64,000 nt of DNA. Source: Octopus sinensis (lineage: Eukaryota). The position numbers and the translations under genes were made by a program. How positions within the stretch are numbered: the first letter of the stretch is position 1; each line of letters opens with the position of its first letter. The DNA lies in assembly GCF_006345805.1 (NCBI RefSeq), contig NC_043014.1, forward strand, positions 32,550,001-32,614,000. Direction: 5' to 3'. The notes beneath the pieces were generated by a model, which was not told the origin of the DNA, searched no databases, and saw only the letters and a program-made list of their open reading frames with translations. Below are positions 52,883 to 64,000 of this stretch, one piece after another.

Positions 52883-53330
52883 CAGAGACAGGCAGATTAG
52901 ATAGATATATATATACATACATATATATACATGGTTCTGGGTTCAGTCCCATTGTGTGTGACATCTTGGGCAAGTGTCCTCTACTATAGCCTCAGGCTGA
53001 CCAAAACCTTGTGAGTGAATTTGGTAGATGGAAACTGAAAGAAGCCTACTGTATATATATTTGTGTGTGTGTCTGTGTGTCTGTGTTTGTCGCCCCACCA
53101 TCACTTGATAATCGATATTGATGTGTCTACATCACTGCTACTTAGCAGTTTGGCAGAAGAGACCAACAGAATAAGTACAAGGCTTACAAAGAATAAGTCC
53201 TGGGATGGATTTGTTCGACTAAAGGCAGTGCTCCAGCATGACCACAGTCAAATGATTGAGATAAGTAAAAAAATATAATAATATTATACACATATATATA
53301 TACATATATGCATGTTATATATTTTTATAT

Positions 53331-53372
<42 letters not shown>

Positions 53373-53879
53373 TGCATATATCTGTATATATCATATGTGT
53401 ATATATAGATAGATGGATAGATAGATAGATAGCTATAATTAGATAGATATGCACATGTATGTGTTTTTGCGTACAAACATACACACATATATATATATAT
53501 ATATCTATATATATATATATATATTATATATATATATATATATTATATATATATATATATATATGTTGATGAATGCATATATGTGTGTATGCATGTGTAT
53601 ATCAGTAAATGCACTAAAAAGTTATACTTTAAAAATGCTTTTAAAATATTTAAATAAATGATATTATAAAACCAAGTGATTAATTGGATTTTTTTTTCTT
53701 TGCATGTGTAATCATTTTTAAATCACCAAATTATATTGTGAACAACAAACTAAGAAAAGTACAAAAGCAAAAACAGAAGAAAAAAAACATTTCAAATAGT
53801 AAAATGTATTATTTTTTTAATATTGAAAGTGAAAAATTTTGATTATTACTTAATATTAATGTTTTACTGCTTGTTTGAT

Positions 53880-54711
53880 TATTGTTGTTGTTGTTGTTGG
53901 TAGCGGTGGTGGTGGTGGTGGTGGTGGTGGTGGTGGCAGTGGTGGTGACGGCGGTGGCGGCAGCGGTGGTAATGGCAGTGGCGGCGGCAGTGGTGGTGGT
54001 GATGATGGTGGTGGTGGTGGTGGTGATGGTGGTGATGGTGGTGGTGGTGGTGGTGGTGGTGATGGTGGTGGTGGTGGTGGTTGCGGTGGCAATGGTGTTG
54101 TTGGTGGATGTTGGTGGTGTGTTTGTGGTTAATTTTGTTTCCAGTGTTACTTTCTGCATTATTGTTAGGTAATATTTTCCCCTCTTTCTGACTTATTATA
54201 TACTGGAAAATATAGAAATTGGCATCACCATCATTATCTTCATCACTATCATCATCATTATTATCATCATCAGCATCATCCTTGCATCATAATCATCACT
54301 ATCAATACATCATCATCACCACTGCCACCACCACAAACACCGCCACTGTCATCACCATCATCATCATCACCATCACCACAACGAACCTCAGCACAAACAC
54401 CGCCATCATCTTCAGCATCATCATCATCACCAACATCATCATAATCTTGTTCGCCATCAGAATCTTCTTTCCCATCATCATCATCATCATCACCATCATC
54501 ATCCTCATCATCATCAACACTGTCATCATTGTTGTCATCATCATCATCATCACCTTCACACACCCTCACCCTGCATAAATTAACACTCTCATCATCATCA
54601 TCATCAGCTAAACAATTGTAAGCATCAAATTATCATCATAAACATTAATGTAACCATATGGCTCTTTGCTGTTGATAATCACTATGAGCACTATTATCAT
54701 TTTTATTGTTC

Positions 54712-54782
<71 letters not shown>

Positions 54783-54979
54783 TTTATTATCATTTTTATT
54801 ATTATTATTATTATTATTATATTGTTATTATTTTTATTATCATTTTTATTATTATTATTATTATTATTATCATCATTATCATCATCATCATTAATATTAT
54901 TATTATTATTATTATATTATTATTATTATTATTATTATTATTTTTATTATCATTATCATTATTATTATTATTATTGTTA

Positions 54980-55016
<37 letters not shown>

Positions 55017-55185
55017 CATTATTACTATCACTACAATTATCATTATCATCATTGTCATCATCATCATCATCATCATCACCACCACCATCATCATTGTCGT
55101 CGTTGTCATCATCAGCAGCAGCAACATTATCATCATCACCATAATCATTATTATTATTATTATTATTACCATTATCATCATCAAT
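53880..55185. repeat. Large mosaic of trinucleotide repeats (GGT/CAT/TTA)
   Basis: Directly visible; similar tract at 60480-60960. Confidence 0.95.
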
Positions 55186-55239
55186 AATATAATTATTTAT
55201 CTTCATGCTAATAAATTTTATTCAAGATTTATTCAGTAT

Positions 55240-55274
<35 letters not shown>

Positions 55275-55459
55275 TTCCCTCCATCCCTCTCCCTCCCTCT
55301 CTCCTTCCATTTTATATTACAGCTTTTACAACATTCCATGTTTTATTGTTGTTCTCTTTTCAAATTTGGAATTTTAATGAATTTAGAGATTATTCACATT
55401 TAATCTTCTGTTTGCCAAAACTAAGCTAAACTAATAACAACAACAATGATCTTCTTCTT

Positions 55460-55585
<126 letters not shown>

Positions 55586-55717
55586 TGTTCTATTATTTTA
55601 TTTGTCACTAAGACCGATACATTGAAAGCAAAATGTGTCATGAAATGATTAAGATATATAGCAATGTATATATATATATATATATTTATGTATGTGTTTC
55701 TCCATGTACATAAAAAT

Positions 55718-55748
<31 letters not shown>

Positions 55749-56789
55749 TACACACGTACTCAGAGACAAAGTGAGACAAAAATTATCAACAACACATGTC
55801 TAGTTTTTTTTTTTTTTCTTCTCTTAGCAGGAAGCTTAAGTGTGCATGTACCCCCTAAGATGTGGTCTGCCTCTTGTCACAATAGTACATGTTTGAACTT
55901 GAAACCTGAATGAAGTTGGTGCTGTTGTTTATTTCATTGACCATATTTATGCTACATTACATGCAGCAAAGATGAGCAGCATGACTCAATAATTATGTGT
56001 AATGCACTTATTTTTCTTTTCTTTTTTTTTTCGTTTTCTTTTGTCAATGAGAAATTTTTTTGTATATGTATCCTTTTGATCTTTCTCTAACCACTGCAGG
56101 TTTGAACTTGAGACTTAGATTAACTAATTGCCATTATCAGAGCCATCTTAGCAGCATTATAAGCTCCTGGGCAAATCAATGCACTTGACCCTCTAGTATT
56201 TATTTATTGACAGCAAACTACATGTATAAATCAGAATTGAACTCCTAGACCCCATGAGACCCTTGGACAACTGCCTAGTGTACCCATGCTTTAAGGTGGC
56301 ACTAGCTATTAAGTTAACCATAAATAAGTCTGTTGTAGGTGATATTATTAGCTGAACCAGGGTGGTGAGCTGGTAGAAACGTTAGCATGCCAGGCAAAAT
56401 GCTTTGCGGTATTTCGTCTGCTGCTACGTTCTGAGTTCAAATTCCGCCGAGGTCGACTTTACCTTTCATCCTTTCGGAGTCGATTAAATAAGTACCAGTT
56501 ACGCACTGGGGTCGATATAATCGACTTTAATCTGCTTGACTGTCCTTGTTTGTCCCCTCTGTCTGTAGCCCCTTGTGAGTAGTAAAAAAATAAGAAACAT
56601 TAGAACATCAGGTGAAATGCTTAGTGGTATTTCATCTGTCTTTACGTTCTGAATTCAAATTCTGCTGAGGCCACCTTTGCCTTTCATTCTTTCAGGGTCG
56701 ATAAATTAGTTACCAGTTGTGTACTGGGGTCGATCTAATCGACTGGCCCAAAAAGTTAGGACCTTGTGCTTTGAGTAGAAAGGATTATT

Positions 56790-56900
56790 AGCTGAACCAC
56801 AACCAATTTGCATATTATTTTGTATTTCATCAGTAGTTTTCCATCTGTTCAACAGAATCAGGTTGTAAACTTGTTTGTACTTGGATGTACAGCACTGGAT
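56790..56900 (-). mobile_element. mariner HTH fragment
   Basis: KQVYNLILLNRWKTTDEIQNNMQIGCGSAN. Confidence 0.5.
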
Positions 56901-57075
56901 GTACTTGGATGTCCTGCTCCTTCTTGATGGTGGAGACACATAGCTTAGTGGTTAGGGTGTTGGGCTCATGATTGTAAGATTGTGGTTTCAATTCCTGGAC
57001 CAGGCAACACATTGTGTTTTTGAGTAAAGCACATCATTACATATTGCTCCAGTCTTCTCAGCTGGCAGGCATAAA

Positions 57076-57525
57076 ATAATAATGAAATTATTGTATACAG
57101 TGCTCAGGTGCACCACAACTTGTCAAAAGTGCATATAAAGTATATGCAGTAATGTACAAATGTCTGGAAAGCGAACAGTGTGTGAGTCAGATACATGCTT
57201 GCGTGTGTATGGAGGGGAGAAAATCAGGTGTAGTGTTGGCGAATCTCAAGAAGCATGGAAGTTTTGAAGGATGCAGTGCTCCAACAACTAACAACTGATG
57301 CCTGCAGTTTGTTCCATGCTTCAGCAACTCTTAGTGTGAAAAAATGTTTCCGAAAGTCATGGGAGCTGTGCTGTTTTCTGACTTTGTAAACAATGTCCAT
57401 AGGTGTTAGACAGGTGGAGTTTGAAAAGGTGCTCAGTTATTGTCTGTAAGATGGTTAATAATTTTATGGGTGTCTGCCAAGTCAGCTGCCAGACGTCGGA
57501 GTTTCAATGTATCCATGCCCAGAGA
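57076..57525 (-). mobile_element. CR1-clade LINE 3' end inserted in a SINE D copy
   Basis: Minus strand RRLAADL...KIIN and FFTLRVAEAWNKLP-like motif; SINE halves at 56930-57065 and 57526-57620. Confidence 0.8.
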
Positions 57526-58076
57526 AGATTACATGAGTAATCCTGCAACAGACTGGTGTCCCATCCAAGTGGGGTATTTATATGCCATGAAACTGGGAAA
57601 CCAGCCCTTATAAGTCAGCTTTTGAAACACTTTTGCAACTATTTTTTCAATATTTTACTCCATTCACGGATAGTCTATATTGGCAAAATTTCATTTCATC
57701 ACTGCAAATAGAATGGCCTTGGTTATTGAAATAACAAAAACAGTTTAAGTGACATCTCAAGATTAAATGTGCACCATAGCAACTAAGAGGAAACCAGATC
57801 AAAAGATCATCAGCCTCAGCATTGTCATCATCATCATCATTGTAAACATCATCAGCAACATCATTATCATCATCACTTAACGTCCATGTTTCCATGTTAA
57901 GGCATAAGATGCACAGTTTGACAGGATCCACTGGAACCAAGAAATGCATTGTGCTCCAGTGTCTGCTTCAGCATGATTTATGTTTGGATGCCCTTCTTAA
58001 AACCAACCATTTTATAGTGTGTATTTGGTGCCTTTATGCATGTCATTAGTATTAACGAAGTCACTACAAACCATAT

Positions 58077-58145
<69 letters not shown>

Positions 58146-58965
58146 AAGACAGAGAGAGAGAAAGACACAGAGAGAGAGCCATCTATGCATCATAAATAAT
58201 ATTAGTACATCATTGAAAGGCAAATTTGCTGTGGTATTTATCCAGAGATAACATCTGTTCATGTGTTGTGAATGCACATGTCTGGCATAGTGTGTGTGTA
58301 TGTGTGGTATAGTATACGGGATGTAGTTGGTGTGTGTGTGCGTGCATGTGTGCATGTATCTTTGTGTGTGTGGTATAGTGTGTGTATAATGTGTGGTGTG
58401 TATTTCTTGTTGCATAAGGGTTAGTGTCTGTATTATAGCATAGTGTGTAAGCACGTGTGTGTGTGCGTATGTGTAGCACATGTAATATGTAGTGCTGTGT
58501 ATGCATGTTGTATAGTGCAGAATAATGTGCTGTATGTGCTGTATCTATGGTACGGTGTGTGTATGTATGAGCATATGTGGCTCTTTTTGTTGTTCATGTT
58601 GTTGCTGCTGTCAAAGATGTAATGGTTGCATTTTCGTTCCTGATGTTGCTGGTGTTGTTGTTATTGATTTTGTCCTTACTGATGTTGGTTTTTGAATTTT
58701 ATTTGATTTTTTCTCTGTCCCTTCCTTCCTTCTCCACTCTCACCCTTTCTCCTAGCCTCCCCCCGCCCCTGCCAGATACATCCTGCTTCTAATTTCCTTC
58801 AATATGAAATAAATGAAGATATATATATATATATATATATTGTATAGAGGGCATATATATATATATATATTTATATATATATTCTTTCCTTTCCTAGTGT
58901 CTAATAACACTATACTTGTTCCACGTCCTCGCATTGTTGTGTTTTCTCTTTGTTCATGTTTGGAT

Positions 58966-59024
<59 letters not shown>

Positions 59025-59117
59025 ATATATATAATATATATATACATATATATGCATACATATATATACATATACATATATATACATATATATATATATA
59101 CATATATATATACATAC

Positions 59118-59175
<58 letters not shown>

Positions 59176-60171
59176 ATGTATATATATATGTATATATATA
59201 AAGTCATAAATGACAGGGAAATAGTTTGATGAAGTTTTGAAAGATTTTTTGCATTTTGTATTAATGCAAGCATGTAAGTAAATTATTTATTATTAAAAAT
59301 AATAATATAAATTATTTACATGTTTTACAGTTATGAAACAATTTGTTGTGATATTAGAATTTTCTTATTGTTAAATAAAATCTCATTAGACTATTTTTCT
59401 GACATTCATGGCTTTATACACTCCTTACTGTTTTCTCTTGTATTACACTATATATTCTGTTTTGTAGAATGATAAATTAAGGAGCATTTTTATGGACAAG
59501 TGTGTGTGTGTGTGTGATTTTGTTCTATATTTGCATTCCTATCATCACTTGACAACCTATGTTGATGTGTTTACGTCCATATAGCTTAGCAGTTGAGCAA
59601 AAGTGACTGATAGAATAAGTACTAGACTTAAGATTAAGTCCAAGGGTTGATTTGTTCGACTAAAACCCTTCAAAGCAGTATGGCCACAGTCAAATGACTG
59701 AAACAAGTAAAAGAATAAAAGAACATATATATATATGTATGTGTGTATATATATATATATATCTTAAATTAATGAATTAATATATAAATAAATATATAAA
59801 TATAAATATGAATAAGCAAACACCAAAGCTACTACTACTATCTTCAATAACAACAGCAACAATAATTACAACATCAATATCTCTCTTCTAGTCACCACCC
59901 ACCAACCACAACCCACCCCTTCCCTCTGCCAAAAAGAAAACTAGCAATAACAAAAACAAAAAAACAGAAACATCCAGTTCAAATTAAGACTTGAAATATT
60001 TCCAAAATTATAGAAAAATCTAGATACAGAAAAGTAAAAACAAATTTGTTGTTGAAAATATTTTAAAATTGTCTCAGTAATATTACATTACAATCCCAAT
60101 AGCTACCTACTCTAACCTTTTATTTAATTTCACTTTAATGTTTCATTTTATTCAGGCTTTTATTTTATTTA

Positions 60172-60220
<49 letters not shown>

Positions 60221-61009
60221 TATTTTTTGATATTTATTTGTTTGTTATTCATTTTATTTTTATTATTTTCATCTGTGAGCAAAGCTTATAGCTGTAGAGT
60301 TTTTTCAAGTATGTATTTTTTCTTGTGTGCTTTCTGACTGAAAGTTCTTTTCTCTTTTTCTACTTCACCCACTCATCCATTCTCTCTTTTTATAATTTGC
60401 TTTCTGTTTATACATTATATATTTAAAAACTGTCTCAACCATTCCAACCTTGTATATCAACATGGAAAAATAAATGTAAGTATATGATGATTATGATGAT
60501 GATGATGATTGTGATGGTGGTGATGATGACAACAATGTCCACAGAAATAATAGATGGCAAAGGCAACTATAGCAACAGTGATGATGATGATGATGGTGAT
60601 GGTGACGACAACAATGCTGTTGTTACTGCTGATTAAGATGATTATGGTGAGTGATGGTGATAGCAGCAGTGGTAATGATGATGATGGCGACAATAACAAC
60701 GCTGATGATGACGATGATAATGATAATGATGATGATGACGATTGATGATGATGATGATGATGATGATGATGACGATGACGACGACGACGATGATGATGAT
60801 GGCAGTGGTGGCAGTGTTAGCAGCAGCAACACCAATGGTGGTGGCAGCAGCAGCAGCAGCAGTGGTAGTAATGATGATAGTGACAATGATGACAATGATG
60901 CCGATAACGATAACTGTGATGACAGTGATGATAATGATGATAATGATGATGATGATGATGAGTGACACTCAGAGTCAGTTATTCATGTGCATAAACATTT
61001 TCCATCCAT

Positions 61010-61198
61010 CACAACAACATGCTTTCTTCATTTCTTTCTCATATTCACTAAAGTCTTCTGCACTCAAGGATCTTGTCTTGAAACCATGCAATATTGACAG
61101 TTCTAACACAAGTGTCATACAATCCACCTTTTACCTTTGTTCCCAGTATTGGTAGTAGTTCCTTGAATTGCTTCCAACCCATTCTTACCCTGTCAACT
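61010..61198 (-). mobile_element. RTE RT fragment
   Basis: RVRMGWKQFKELLPIL...LYDTCVRT. Confidence 0.75.
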
Positions 61199-61689
61199 GT
61201 AATTTCTTATTTCTTTATTGCCCACAAGGGGCTAAATGTAGAGGCGACAAACAAGGACAGACAAAGGGGTTAAGTCGATTACATCGACCCCAGTATGTAA
61301 CTGGTACTTAATTTATCGACCCCGAAAGGATGAAAGGCAAAGTCGACCTCAGCAGAATTTTAACTTAGAACATAACAGCAGACGAAATATCGCTAAGCAT
61401 TTTGCCCGGCATGCTAACAGTTCTACCAGATCTGTGTGTGTATCTGCATTTGCCTCCCTGCCATCACTAGACAACTGATGCTGGTGTATTTATATCCCTG
61501 TAACTTAGCGGTTTGGCAAAAGAGGCTGATAGAATAAGTACTAGGCTTGCAAATAATAAGTTCTGGGGTCGATTTCCCTCACTAAAACCCTTTAAGGCGA
61601 TGCTTCAGCATGGCCACAGTCAAATGAGTGAAACAAGCAAAAGATGAAAAAATAAAATATATATATATTTATATGGGTGCATGTGTGTG

Positions 61690-61777
<88 letters not shown>

Positions 61778-61794
61778 CACATACACACACACAT

Positions 61795-61831
<37 letters not shown>

Positions 61832-62129
61832 CATACACAACTATATTTGTGCTTAATCTGTTTTTTAAACTGTTTTCATAGTTCCTTATTAGCCCTATTG
61901 TTCCAAACCAAACATAAAAGACCAATAAAGAAGTACGAAAAAAGCTTCAATAGGTATGATTGAAGTCGAACACAGCTCCATCTTCAATATAACATCACAC
62001 ATGTGTGTGTGTGTATGTGTGTGTGTATTTTATACATATGTACAGTATGTACGTTTGCCTGAATGTACACACATGCACATGCAACATTGCATGTGTGTGT
62101 GTGTGTGTGTATTAGTAAGTAGGAAAAAG

Positions 62130-62930
62130 GACAAGGCCCGTTTATCTTCAGGGAAATGGCTATGCTTGATATGCAGAAAAAGAGTGGGCAGAAATTCCTT
62201 ACTAGTGCCCTGTCTTGTTTATTACTGACCTATTAGCCATTATAGGGAAGTTTAAGGCAGGTTGTCCATGGTAACATCTTAATATTTATGAACACAGGTG
62301 TTTACAGATTCTACTCTATTTCTTAAAAGAGTATCTATACAAGGTTTGTGAAGAAATTTTTGGCATAGAAGCAAAAGCTGGAATTCAAAGGCCTTGAACT
62401 CTATTTAGCAAAGACTCAAGGTTTAGTGAGTAGAAAGAGGCACAATTCTGCTACCATCAGGGAAATGGCCGTGCTCATTTTGCAGAAAAGTTACTGGTAG
62501 TGTAGCAGGAATGTTCAGCAATCAACTGATGTCATGATCTGCTAGAGTATTATCCATGTGTTCAACAAAATCTGACCAATCATGACTGTGCGCAATAGAC
62601 TCCAACGAAGATTTCATCTTTTGGCATGCTTACTTCTGATCCTAACCATCAGTATAAATTCAGCACACCTTGACTACTTAACAGAGAGCTTTGGGATGTA
62701 GCTTAGAGAGCTTTGAGGCACAACAGAGATGAGCTGGGGAACAGATGGAGAACAGACATAGGCAGCTGCTGATCTGAGCTGACAACCACCACAATGAAGG
62801 ATCAGAGACAGCAACACATTGACCAGCAGCTAACTTTTTGCACACTACAACAAGGACATCAAGAACAATAACATCCAAGCTCTCTCCATGCATTGTCATT
62901 CGAAGTAATGACCCTTTTTTTTGTGTGTGT
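62130..62930 (+). mobile_element. Cluster of old RTE fragments
   Basis: SGKWLCLICRKRVGRNS, KQKLEFKGL, PSGKWPCSFCRK, and a C-terminal-like remnant. Confidence 0.6.
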
Positions 62931-63088
62931 ACAAAAAGAATAAAAGTTTTGTTTGTCAAAAACTGCAACTTCTCCCGTGTTCTATTTTGTACAGTAGAAA
63001 TTCCATATGAAAGTTGTATAATAGGATCAGATGAGTATTATAACAGAGGCAGCCTTGTATATGCCAAGCATATCAAAGCAATAGTCAG

Positions 63089-63488
63089 TAAGTGACTGTG
63101 TGGTAAGTAGCTGGCTTACCAACCACATGGTTCCGGGTTCAGTCCCACTGCGTGGCACCTTGGGCAAGTGTCTTCTACTATAGCCTCGGGCCGACCAAAG
63201 CCTTGTGAGTGGATTTAGTAGACAGAAACTCATTGAAGCCCATCGTATATATGTATATATATATGTGTGTGTATTTGTATGCCTGTATCTGTCCCCCTAG
63301 CATTGCCTGACAACCGATGCTGGTGTGTTTACATCCCCATCTCTTAACTGTTCGGCAACAGAGACCGATAGAATAAGTACTGGGCTTACAAAGAATAAGT
63401 CCCAGGGTCGATTTGCTTGACTAAAGGCGGTGCTCCAGCATGGCCACAGTCAAATGACTGAAACAAGTAAAAGGGAGTAAAAAGAGAA
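63089..63488 (+). mobile_element. SINE family A, near full length
   Basis: Close match to family consensus. Confidence 0.9.
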
Positions 63489-63559
63489 AAGTAAATTTTC
63501 TCACCTGCAAGGTTCCCAAGAATTAGTTGATATCTTCTGTTACCTAGCTGACCTAATTA

Positions 63560-64000
63560 GTAATGAGTGTGTTCTAAAGGTATAGTAACCAGAATAAAAA
63601 TGACTTGAGGAGTGTTCAGTCAGCTATTAGTTCTTTTGGCAACAAAGGACTTTTCCTTTGGAGTGAAGGATAAACTGAATCCTCGTGGTGTACAACTTGT
63701 AATGTTGCATCTAGTGAGATATGGATCATGATTGCAATGGATTTGTGAAGGTTTGAAAGGAATAAAGAGAACATGTTCTATTGAACGTGCAATGTTAATG
63801 TAAAGTGCAAGTTACAATATGATGAGCTGAAAGAAAAAATGAATTTAAGCCGATTTAGGCAGCTTGGAAGAGAGAAAACTACAGTGGTAAGAACATATGT
63901 TGTGTGTAGAGGAGGGCAGCTGAAATAATGTGCTGTATATTCAAAGTGAATGAGACTTGTTGATGAAAGAAACCAATCTAAAGATGTTGCATCTTACAAA
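63560..64000 (+). mobile_element. Decayed RTE RT C-terminal fragment
   Basis: Degenerate match to CVRSVMLHGSETW...ERNE.MLRW region of the 547-1813 element. Confidence 0.55.

Overview
This is AT-rich, microsatellite-saturated eukaryotic DNA. The tRNA-headed SINE families, RTE (GAT)n tails and repeat landscape look like a coleoid cephalopod (Octopus-type) genome, which is inferred from pattern only. No intact protein-coding gene can be supported, and almost all ORF-track entries are translated microsatellites. The window is a transposon graveyard. It holds Tc1, mariner DD34D, maT DD37D and DD41D-like DNA transposons, piggyBac/pogo/Tc1 MITEs, a non-autonomous Helitron, a Helentron-type element, and RTE, R4/Dong and CR1 LINE fragments, with many nested insertions. 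A few short splice-site-bounded exon candidates are present at low confidence. The most notable signals are hammerhead-ribozyme motifs in Penelope-like remnants. Two are type-I candidates (11030-11084 +, 39049-39100 -). A third (29797-29863 +) has all three stems and the core in register but in a NON-circular, pseudoknotted strand order. Also notable are several long fold-back palindromes, a 201-bp inverted repeat, a structured repeat with covarying stems, and an 850-bp chimeric duplication that may be an assembly or haplotype artefact. All alignments and folds were done by eye.
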